Assembly: GCA_016875315.1 (NCBI GenBank)
Contig: VGRQ01000001.1
Coordinates: forward strand, 1-51,982
Reading direction: 5' to 3'
Origin: Deltaproteobacteria bacterium
GTDB taxonomy: Bacteria > Myxococcota_A > UBA796 > SXON01
DNA length: 51,982 nucleotides
Shown here: piece after piece, positions 27,674-35,507 of the stretch
Position numbering within the stretch: the first letter of the stretch is position 1
Layout of the letters: each line of letters opens with the position of its first letter
Translations under genes and position numbers: made by a program
The notes under the pieces: model-generated
What the model was told of the DNA's origin: nothing
Seen by the model: only the letters and a program-made list of their open reading frames with translations
Database searches by the model: none

Positions 27674-28456
27674 CTACACCGCGACCGCGAAATCGCGCAG
27701 GGCAGCGTTGAGCGACACCTTCTGGTCGGTGCTGGCCTGGCGGCGGCCGATGATGAGCGCGCAGGGCACGCCGTAGTCGCCGGCCGGGAAACGTTTCTGG
27801 CGGGTTCCGGGGATCACGACGCTCCGGGGCGGCACGTGGCCCTTGTAGACCACCTCCTCTGGCCCGGTGACGTCGATCACCTGGGTGGAAGCGGTGAGGA
27901 CGACGTTGGCGCCGAGCACGGCCTCCTCGCCCACCACCACGCCCTCCACCACGATGCACCGGCTGCCGATGAACGCGCCGTCTTCCACGATGACCGGCCG
28001 GGCGCCGGGCGGCTCGAGGACGCCGCCGATGCCCACGCCGCCGGACAGGTGTACGTTGCGGCCTACCTGGGCGCAGGATCCGACGGTGGCCCAGGTGTCG
28101 ACCATCGTGCCGCTGCCGACGCGCGCGCCGATGTTGACGTAGCCGGGCATCACGACGGCGCCCCGCTCGAGGAAGGCGCCGTAGCGCACCGTGCCTGGCG
28201 GGACGACGCGCACCCCAGCCGCCGCGAGCCCCCGCTTCAGGGGGATCTTGTCGTGGAACTCGAAGGGTCCCACCTCGTGGACTTCCATCTGCGACACGCC
28301 GAAGAAGCCGAGGATGGCCTGCTTCACCCAGGCATGGACCACCCACTCGCCATCGACCTTCTCGGCCACGCGGAGCTCGCCCCGGTCGAGCCGAGCGACG
28401 GCCTCGCGGATGGCCTCGGGATCGCGGGCCTCGACCGCAGCTTGCAGGCTGTGCAT
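27674..28456 (-). CDS. dapD: 2,3,4,5-tetrahydropyridine-2,6-dicarboxylate N-succinyltransferase
   Basis: 260 aa. Left-handed beta-helix hexapeptide repeats (VNIGARVGSGTMVDTWATVGSCAQVGRNVHLSGGVGIGGVLEP...) and the N-terminal DapD region EWVVHAWVKQAILGFF. Confidence 0.9.
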   Translation of the reverse strand: MHSLQAAVEARDPEAIREAVARLDRGELRVAEKVDGEWVVHAWVKQAILGFFGVSQMEVHEVGPFEFHDKIPLKRGLAAAGVRVVPPGTVRYGAFLERGAVVMPGYVNIGARVGSGTMVDTWATVGSCAQVGRNVHLSGGVGIGGVLEPPGARPVIVEDGAFIGSRCIVVEGVVVGEEAVLGANVVLTASTQVIDVTGPEEVVYKGHVPPRSVVIPGTRQKRFPAGDYGVPCALIIGRRQASTDQKVSLNAALRDFAVAV

Positions 28457-28506
28457 CGGCGTCGGCTAACGTGCTCCCAGGGGGGGCGTGCTAGGATCGG
28501 CGCCGC

Positions 28507-29220
28507 GTGGAAGCACAGGTCATCATCGCGTGGGCGGCCCTCGGGCTCGGCACGCTCGCGCTCGTGCTCGGCCTCGTCTTCGGCGTGCGCACGTTCCGCC
28601 TCGCGCGCGTGCTCAGCGCCACGCCGCCCACGCCGATCCCGGCGCTGGAGCCCGGCCTGCACGAGGTTCTGGGCGTGGTCCACGGCGAGGGCGCGGTCGA
28701 GTCCCCTTTGTCGCGACAGACGTGTGTCTACTGGCGCATGATCATCGAGCAGCGACGTCGCAACCGATGGGAGACACTCGTCGACAAGCGCGAGGCGGTA
28801 CCCTGCTGGCTCGACGACGGCGGCGGCCGCGTGGCAATCTCGCCGATCGACGCCGACGTCATCGTCACCCTGGGCGCGCGGGGGACGGGCGGTATCTTCG
28901 GGTACCCGAGTGCCCAGTTGTCGGAGGTGCTGGAGCGGTTGCGCGAGGCGCCAGAAGGCCTGGCGGGCCCCTACCTGCGCTACCGCGAGGAGGTGGTCAA
29001 TCCGGGCGACCGGCTCCACGCTGTCGGCACCGTGGTGAACACGGGTGACGGGTGGGAGATGCGCAAGGAGAACGATGTCTACGTGATCAGCGACCGCGAC
29101 GAGGCCGACATGGTGCGCAACCAGGAGCGGCTGGCGCTGCGCTGGGCGGGCCTCGCGGTGGCGGGGGCGCTCGCGATGGCCTGGGGTTTCTTGAACAGCA
29201 ACGCCGCGGCGCTGTTGTAG
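28507..29220 (+). CDS. two-TM membrane protein with a GIDE-like domain
   Basis: 237 aa. N-terminal TM IIAWAALGLGTLALVLGLVFGV and C-terminal TM WAGLAVAGALAMAWGFL. The middle region (SPLSRQTCVYWRMIIEQRR...PCWLDDGGGRVAISP...) resembles bacterial GIDE-domain proteins. From memory. Confidence 0.55.
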   Translation: MEAQVIIAWAALGLGTLALVLGLVFGVRTFRLARVLSATPPTPIPALEPGLHEVLGVVHGEGAVESPLSRQTCVYWRMIIEQRRRNRWETLVDKREAVPCWLDDGGGRVAISPIDADVIVTLGARGTGGIFGYPSAQLSEVLERLREAPEGLAGPYLRYREEVVNPGDRLHAVGTVVNTGDGWEMRKENDVYVISDRDEADMVRNQERLALRWAGLAVAGALAMAWGFLNSNAAALL

Positions 29221-29224
29221 GCGC

Positions 29225-29635
29225 TCAGCCCACCAGCCGGCGGTGCTCCGGCATCATGCAGCGGTCTTGCACCACCTCGATGCCTGCCGCCCGGAGGCGC
29301 GCGGCGGCCTCGTCGTGGCGGATCCCGAGCTGGAACCAGGCCACGCGCGGCTTCCAGGGCAGGGCGAGGATTTCCCGGGCGTGGCCGAGGAGGAACTCCG
29401 GCCGCCGAAAGATCTCGATCACGTCGACGGGACCGAGCTCGGCGAGGGTGGCCAGCGCCGGCGCGCCGAGCCAATCCCCGCGGAGCTTCGGGTTGACGCC
29501 CACGACGCGCCACCCGTGCTGGCGCAGGTAGGCGGGCACGTAGAACGCGGCCTCGTGGGGAGAGTCCTTGGCACCGAGCACCGCCACCGAGCGGTTCTCG
29601 GTGAGGATGCGGCGGAGGTCGCCGTCGGTGGGCAT
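29225..29635 (-). CDS. CoA-binding domain protein (YccU-like)
   Basis: 136 aa. ILTENRSVAVLGAKDSPHEAAFYVPAYLRQHGWRVVGVNP...DVIEIFRRPE...VAWFQLGI is the typical CoA_binding_2 pattern. Confidence 0.85.
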   Translation of the reverse strand: MPTDGDLRRILTENRSVAVLGAKDSPHEAAFYVPAYLRQHGWRVVGVNPKLRGDWLGAPALATLAELGPVDVIEIFRRPEFLLGHAREILALPWKPRVAWFQLGIRHDEAAARLRAAGIEVVQDRCMMPEHRRLVG

Positions 29636-29659
29636 GTGCGAGTCTAGTCCACCCTCGGA

Positions 29660-31930
29660 TCAGGCGGCCTTCTCCTTCACGAGCCCCCGCGGCAAGAGCG
29701 CCAGCATCGCGGGCAACACGAGCAGGTCGCCAAACACGCCCGTGCCGAGCGCGAGGGCCACCAGCAGCCCGAACCACGCCACCGACTTCACCGCGGCGAG
29801 GCCGAGGACCGAGAAGCCAAGCGACAAGCCGAGCGCGGTGATCACGAGCGACCGTCCCACCCCGCGCACCGTCACCCGCGTCGCCTCGTTGACGTCGCCT
29901 CGCGACGCCAGCTCGTGCTGGAAGCGGTAGAGGAATTGCACGGTGTCGTCGACGACGAGGCCGAGCACGATGGCGCCGATGGTGACGGTGGCCACGTCGA
30001 GGCGGATGCCGGCGAAGCCCATCACCCCGAGGGTGAGCAGGATGGGCACGAGGTTGGCGGGCACGGCGAGCGCGGCGAGGCGCAGGCTCCGGAACAAGAG
30101 GGCGATGAGGCCGAAGATGAGGACGAAGGCAAGGCCGAAGCTGCTCAGTTGGCTCTGCACGATGTAGTCCATCATGTGGACGTAGAGCGGGAGGTAGCCG
30201 GTGGGCGTGACGGTGACGCCCGCGGGCAACTCCGCCATCGCGACGAGCCGGGTGATGAGCTTGCCCATCTCGGCGGCGGAGAGCATCGGGATCCCCACCG
30301 TCACCCGTGCCGACTTCCAGTCACCCTCCACCTGCGCGGAGAGGTCGATCTCCGGGGAAGACTGGTACAACAGGAAGGCCTGCGTCAGCGCCGCTGGATC
30401 GGCGGGCACGGTGTCGCTGCGATCGACCGACAGCTCGCGGTTGAGGCGCTTCGCCACGTCGGCCACGCTCGACGCCCATGCCACCTCGGGGTCGGCCTCC
30501 ATCCGGCGCTCCCAGCGGTCGACGGCGGCGAGGAGCGCGGGGTCGTCGACCCGGTCTGGGCCCCGGACCACGAATTCCAGTGGCGTGTAGGGACCCACGG
30601 CTTGTTCGATCCACGCGGAGTCGACGCGCACCTTGTGCGACTCGCGGAAGTAGTCCAGCGAGTAGGTGTCCACCACGATCTTGCTGATCCCCAGCATCGA
30701 CACCAGCGCCAGCACCGCCGTGGCGGCGAGCACGGGTAGCGGTCGCGACAGGGCGAGTTCGGCGCAGGCGTCGACGAAGGCCTGGAGCTTGCCGTGGTTC
30801 GACACGGTGGGCTGGAAGGCCGGCCACAACAGCGCCACGGGGCAGAAGATGAAGGCGAGGAGGAAGGCCACCGAGAGGCCGACGGCCGCGTAGACACCGA
30901 GGTCGCGGAGCACCGCCATCGGCGCCGTGGCCAGCGAGGCGAAGCCCACGACCGTCGTGACCGTGTTGAACAGGCAGGGCATGAACACGAAGCCAGCGGC
31001 CTTCCGCACCAGCTCCCAGCGCGTGCCCGTCCACCCCTCGCTCAACTCGGCGGTGTGGTTCATCACGTGTACGCAGTCCGACACGCCGATCACCAGCACG
31101 AGGGTGGGCAAGATCATCGTGACCATGTTGATGTCGCGACCGGCCAGGCCGTATGCTCCCATGAGCCAGGCCGCGCCCACGCCCACCGACACCATCGCCA
31201 CCCCCATCGCCGCCACCCGGCCCATGAGCACCCACAGCACGGCGACGATCAACAGGTAGCTGGCACCGATGAACACCACCGAGTCGACGGTGGAGAGCCG
31301 GTTCAGCGCCGCGTAGATGACGCCGATCCCTGCCTCGCGATGGTCGGTGCCAAGGAGCGGATCGACGGCGCTGCGCAGGTCGGCAAGCACGCGATCTCGC
31401 GCCTGGTCGAAGCCCGCCATCGTGGCCATCTGCACGATGACCAGCGCGGTCTTGCCGTCGGGCGACAGCAGCCGTCCCGCCACCTGCGGGTCGCCGAGCG
31501 CGCGCGCGGCGGTGGCCGCCCAGTCGGGATCCTCGTCCACCAGGTTGCCCACGGTGAGCACGGGGAAGCCGTCGGCGTCGAGCTCGCCGCGGATGTCGTC
31601 GACGGTCGCAATCGACGTGACCCTCGCCACGCCATCGACCCGGGCGGCGGCCTCGCCCACGTCGCGCACCCTCTGCATCGCCGCGGGCGTGAAAATGCCG
31701 GCCTCGTCGTGGACGGCGATGGCCACCACCTCGTCGTTACCGAAGGCACGCTGGAAGTCGTGGTAGGCCACCAGCGCCGGGTCGCCCTCGACGAACCACA
31801 CCTCCACCGCGTTGTCGACGCCGATGCCGCGGGCCCAGTGCGCACATAGCCCGGTGACGACGGCGACGAGCGCGAGCAGCGGCCAGCGCAGGCGCAAGAT
31901 CCACTCCACGACGCGCTCGCCGACGCTCAT
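29660..31930 (-). CDS. MMPL/RND-superfamily (sterol-sensing-domain type) transporter, HpnN-like
   Basis: 756 aa with two repeats, each a periplasmic domain followed by a 5-6 TM bundle. ...FQRAFGNDEVVAIAV..., VVFIGASYLLIVAVLWVLMG..., LPTLVLVIGVSDCVHVM..., and a second half ...IVLGLVVDDTVQFLYRF... Confidence 0.85.
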   Translation of the reverse strand: MSVGERVVEWILRLRWPLLALVAVVTGLCAHWARGIGVDNAVEVWFVEGDPALVAYHDFQRAFGNDEVVAIAVHDEAGIFTPAAMQRVRDVGEAAARVDGVARVTSIATVDDIRGELDADGFPVLTVGNLVDEDPDWAATAARALGDPQVAGRLLSPDGKTALVIVQMATMAGFDQARDRVLADLRSAVDPLLGTDHREAGIGVIYAALNRLSTVDSVVFIGASYLLIVAVLWVLMGRVAAMGVAMVSVGVGAAWLMGAYGLAGRDINMVTMILPTLVLVIGVSDCVHVMNHTAELSEGWTGTRWELVRKAAGFVFMPCLFNTVTTVVGFASLATAPMAVLRDLGVYAAVGLSVAFLLAFIFCPVALLWPAFQPTVSNHGKLQAFVDACAELALSRPLPVLAATAVLALVSMLGISKIVVDTYSLDYFRESHKVRVDSAWIEQAVGPYTPLEFVVRGPDRVDDPALLAAVDRWERRMEADPEVAWASSVADVAKRLNRELSVDRSDTVPADPAALTQAFLLYQSSPEIDLSAQVEGDWKSARVTVGIPMLSAAEMGKLITRLVAMAELPAGVTVTPTGYLPLYVHMMDYIVQSQLSSFGLAFVLIFGLIALLFRSLRLAALAVPANLVPILLTLGVMGFAGIRLDVATVTIGAIVLGLVVDDTVQFLYRFQHELASRGDVNEATRVTVRGVGRSLVITALGLSLGFSVLGLAAVKSVAWFGLLVALALGTGVFGDLLVLPAMLALLPRGLVKEKAA

Positions 31931-31986
31931 GCGACGCCGAGTAACGCGCCGCTACCGCGGGCTCCTCTCCCACGCCCGGCACGCTC

Positions 31987-33096
31987 CTACGTCACCGTCT
32001 CCACGTTGAACCCGCCGTACACGAAGGCGCGGTCGCGGGCGAGCAGCGACGCCGCCCGCTCGGGATCGGGCCGCAGTTGCCCGGCGAGCGACTCCGGTCG
32101 CGACCGGGGGACGAGTAGATTCCAGTAGGCGAGGCGGGCGCCGGGGGCGGCGTGCTGGATGGAGAGATCGAGCAGGGCGACGTGGTGCGGGGCTGGCACA
32201 TACTCAAACAAGTTCGAGTAGTTGAACTTGCTGAATGACCTGGGGGCCCGGGGCAAGTAGTCCTCGAGCGAGGCGTGGACGAAGCACAGCTTCTCCGCGG
32301 CAGCCCTGAGCTTCGCGTGCCCGCCGGTCGTGAGCCAGGGCGGCCCGAGCTCCAGGTCGCCGTGCTCGCCGGTGAGCATCCAGCGGAGGAAGAAGTTGTC
32401 GGCCACCGGGATCTCGGTGAGCGCGTGCTTCGCCCGCGCGAGGAACCGATCGGCCACCGCGCCCTCCACCTGGGCGAAGTGCTCGGGGCTGCGACCGCTG
32501 CGTGACATCACGAAGCGCGAGAAGAACAGCTTGAACAGGCCGCGCCAGCGCCAGGTGTCCCAGCGTTCCGCGTACAAGGCGCGCTGCTCGTCGAGCGAGG
32601 TACAGGCGAGCATCGCGTCGATGGTGTCGCGACCGTGAACCAGGGGCAGCACGCGGGTGCGGAAGGTGTCGAGGTAGCGCTCGAAACGACCCTGGCCGAG
32701 CAAGCCGAGGCGGATCAGCTCCTCGTGGTGGTCCCAGTAGGCGCGCACCTCGGGACGGAGGTTCTCGCGGACAGAGTGGTAGAACCACACGCGACGCCCG
32801 AAGTGACCGAGCCCGAACATCGAGCGCACCGACTGGACGGGGAGCGCGCGCACGGCGGCGAGCTTGAGCTCGGCGAGCGCGATCTGCGGGAAGGAGAGGT
32901 CGATGCAGGTGACGGAACGCGCCCCGGCGATGGCCAGCGCGAAGCTGTTGTCGCCGGCCGAGCAGATGGAGAGCACGTCGTCGCCGGGCTGGATGTCGAG
33001 CGCCGCTTCCAGCACCGCGGGATCTTCCCAGCACTGCGCGTAGGAGATCGCGCGGGCGAGGATCGAGCCCTCCACGGTCGACCGCAGTTCGCTCAC
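31987..33096 (-). CDS. BtaA-like DUF3419 family SAM-dependent 3-amino-3-carboxypropyl transferase-like protein
   Basis: The GTG start at 33096 overlaps the upstream TGA (GTGA at 33093-33096). 369 aa. ISYAQCWEDPAVLEAALDIQPGDDVLSICSAGDNSFALA... is the hallmark N-terminus of DUF3419/BtaA. It is in frame with track ORF 31987..33384. Confidence 0.75.
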   Translation of the reverse strand: MSELRSTVEGSILARAISYAQCWEDPAVLEAALDIQPGDDVLSICSAGDNSFALAIAGARSVTCIDLSFPQIALAELKLAAVRALPVQSVRSMFGLGHFGRRVWFYHSVRENLRPEVRAYWDHHEELIRLGLLGQGRFERYLDTFRTRVLPLVHGRDTIDAMLACTSLDEQRALYAERWDTWRWRGLFKLFFSRFVMSRSGRSPEHFAQVEGAVADRFLARAKHALTEIPVADNFFLRWMLTGEHGDLELGPPWLTTGGHAKLRAAAEKLCFVHASLEDYLPRAPRSFSKFNYSNLFEYVPAPHHVALLDLSIQHAAPGARLAYWNLLVPRSRPESLAGQLRPDPERAASLLARDRAFVYGGFNVETVT

Positions 33097-35507
33097 AGCT
33101 TCTCCACCTTCCCCGTGGATCCGTCCATGCGGAGGCGATCGCCGGTGCGCACCGCCGCGGTGAGGCCGGGGATGCCGATAATCGTCGGCAGGCCCATCTC
33201 GCGCGCCACCACCGCCGAGTGGCTCAGCAGCGAGCCCCGCTCCACGAGGAGCCCGGAGATCGCGGGGTAGAGGGGCACCCAGCCGGGGTCGGTGCGGAAC
33301 GCGGCGAGGATCTGGCCGTCGAGCCTCGCCCCCTCGTGCGGGTCGGCGAGCACCATCACCTCCTTCTCCACCACGCCGGGGCACACGCCGGTGCCGACCA
33401 GGCCCTCGCCGGTGGTCGCTGTTCGCGGGCGCTTGAAGGGGTTGTGAAGGTGGACCGCGCCTCGCGTGTAGAACCGGTCGTCGGGCACCGCGCCTGCCTG
33501 GTAGCCCTCGAATTCACGGCGACGCAGCGCGATGGTCTCGCGCAGCGCCACGCTCACCGCCGTCCCGCGCACCATCCCCAGCAGCTCCGGGACGGCGAGG
33601 TAGAACACGTCTTCCACGCGGTCGATGGCGCGGGCATCGACGAGGTGAGCGCCCAGGGCCCGGAAGATGTCGCGGCACAGGCCGAAGATGCGGGTGCGAA
33701 GGAAGCGGAGGTTCTCCCGGTCGCGCACGCGCGCCCGCGCCTGGGCGAGCACGCGGGAGAAGGCGAGCTTTCGCCAGCCCGAGAGGCGAGCGAAGGCTCT
33801 CTGCTCCGCCTCGGCCCGCACCCGTCCCTCGGCGCTGGGATCCATCGGCGGCGCGCGCAGGTAGTTCCGCAGCGACGCCACGAGGAAGGAAGGGTCCTGT
33901 CGCAACGACGGCGTCTCGAGCTTGAGCTCGTTCACGCAGCGGTCGCCGTACTTGTCGATGTAGCTGTCCCAGGCCGCGACGAAGCCCGGCACGGCGCGAG
34001 CCTCGTCCAGCGAGAACTCAGGCACTACCTTGCCGCGCAACAGCTCCGCCATCGCCAGCGCAGCATGCATGGGCGCCACGCTCTCGAGGCCACCCTCGCC
34101 GCTGAGCAACTCGTTGTGGAGCTGTCCCTGCGCGCCCTGGGCATCGACATCGCCGCACCAGCTCGCGCACAGCTTCCGCAGCGTGCCGTAGAAGATCATC
34201 GTGAGGAAGTCGTTGACGATGGGGGTCGACCAGGCCCAGAGGAGCTCCCGCTCGAGCACCTCGTAGGCTTCCACCAGGTCCTCCGGCGCCATGCGGGACA
34301 GGTCGCGCCTGCGCCAGGGCTGGTACACCCGGTCGAAGTGGGCGTGGAAAGTGGCCACGTCGCCATCGATGGTGCGGAGACGCCAGCCGAGCACGCCGAT
34401 GAGCTTCAAGAGTCGCAGGCCGTCGCGCAGCGAGCGGGCGGGCTTGGCGTCGCCCACGTCTTGCTCGCGGGCCACCTCGGCCACGCCCATCATCTGTTCC
34501 ATGAACGCGGCGTTGTACTTGTACCCGGGCAGGATCTGCACCAGGCGGTACCAGGCGTTGAGGTTGTAGTAGACGCGCCCGCGGACGAGGCCGATCATGC
34601 GCGGGTACACCGAGCTCTGGGCGAGGATCTCGGCCTCGCTGACGCCCATCACCCGCAGGAACAGCTGGTAGACGATGGTGTAGGCGTGCTGGGCGAAGCT
34701 GTAGGTGAGCGGCGTGGTGACGCCGTTGTAGCTCTCGATGATGTTGCTGTTGTCCCACAACAGGCGTCGGCCGCGCGGGATGGGCGTCGTCACCGGTCGT
34801 GCCTGGAGGAACCACACCTTTCCGCCTTCGACGGTGAACTCGATGTCGAGCTCGTGGCCGAAGCTCTTGCGCAGGCGGCGCGCCCCCGTAGCGAGGTCGC
34901 GGACGGCGTCGTCGGCGAGGACGGGGTCGCGACGGTCGATCGTCACCTCGCGCGGGGCGCCGTCGACGAGGACCACGGCCGCGTCCTTGTGGACCACGGT
35001 GGCCTCGACCTCGCCCGCTTCGGTGACCCGGTAGGTGTCGCATGGGACCGATCCCTGCACCACCCCCTCGCCGAGCCCGAAGGCGGCGGAGACGAGCACC
35101 CGGTCGGGGTCGTCGGGGGTGGCGGTGAAGCACACGCCGCTCGCCTCGCCCACCACCATGCGCTGCACCACCACCGCCACCGGCGAGGGCTCGATGCGGT
35201 GCGCCGCGCAGTAGGCGAGTACGCGATCGCTCTGGCCGGATGCGCGGCAGGTCGCGACCGCGTTGAGTACGCCGTCCCAGGACGACACGCCCAGCACCGA
35301 CACGTACTGGCCGGCGAAGCTGTGGGTGGCGCTGTCTTCGCCCAGGGCGCTCGACCTCACGGCGAGGGGCAGGCCGAGCGCCTCGATGGCCCCGCGCGCG
35401 GCCTCGGGGTCGGCGTCGGGTTCGATGACCACGTACGGCGGCACGGCCACCCCGGCTTGCTGCAGGCGGGCGAGGCCGGCTGCCTTGCCGCCGATGCGCG
35501 GGCTCAC
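33093..35507 (-). CDS. PEP-utilising phosphotransferase with rifampin-phosphotransferase-like three-domain layout
   Basis: The GTG start at 35507 overlaps the upstream TGA (GTGA at 35504-35507). 804 aa. N-terminal ATP-grasp / PEP-pyruvate-binding motifs are IGGKAAGLARL and VRSSALGEDSATHSFAGQY. A roughly 400-aa central region is unrecognised. The C-terminal swivel domain reads GLLVERGSLLSHSAVVAREMGLPTIIG (phospho-His). It is the 3' part of track ORF 33093..37205. Confidence 0.8.
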   Translation of the reverse strand: MSPRIGGKAAGLARLQQAGVAVPPYVVIEPDADPEAARGAIEALGLPLAVRSSALGEDSATHSFAGQYVSVLGVSSWDGVLNAVATCRASGQSDRVLAYCAAHRIEPSPVAVVVQRMVVGEASGVCFTATPDDPDRVLVSAAFGLGEGVVQGSVPCDTYRVTEAGEVEATVVHKDAAVVLVDGAPREVTIDRRDPVLADDAVRDLATGARRLRKSFGHELDIEFTVEGGKVWFLQARPVTTPIPRGRRLLWDNSNIIESYNGVTTPLTYSFAQHAYTIVYQLFLRVMGVSEAEILAQSSVYPRMIGLVRGRVYYNLNAWYRLVQILPGYKYNAAFMEQMMGVAEVAREQDVGDAKPARSLRDGLRLLKLIGVLGWRLRTIDGDVATFHAHFDRVYQPWRRRDLSRMAPEDLVEAYEVLERELLWAWSTPIVNDFLTMIFYGTLRKLCASWCGDVDAQGAQGQLHNELLSGEGGLESVAPMHAALAMAELLRGKVVPEFSLDEARAVPGFVAAWDSYIDKYGDRCVNELKLETPSLRQDPSFLVASLRNYLRAPPMDPSAEGRVRAEAEQRAFARLSGWRKLAFSRVLAQARARVRDRENLRFLRTRIFGLCRDIFRALGAHLVDARAIDRVEDVFYLAVPELLGMVRGTAVSVALRETIALRRREFEGYQAGAVPDDRFYTRGAVHLHNPFKRPRTATTGEGLVGTGVCPGVVEKEVMVLADPHEGARLDGQILAAFRTDPGWVPLYPAISGLLVERGSLLSHSAVVAREMGLPTIIGIPGLTAAVRTGDRLRMDGSTGKVEKL

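Noticed and set aside
24330-28346. 1338-aa minus-strand ORF
   Set aside because: Only the last 250 codons (rhomboid, from the GTG at 25082) look real. The upstream part is an Arg/Gly/Pro-rich alternative frame running across the GT-C, dapE and dapD genes, which have convincing motifs in other frames.
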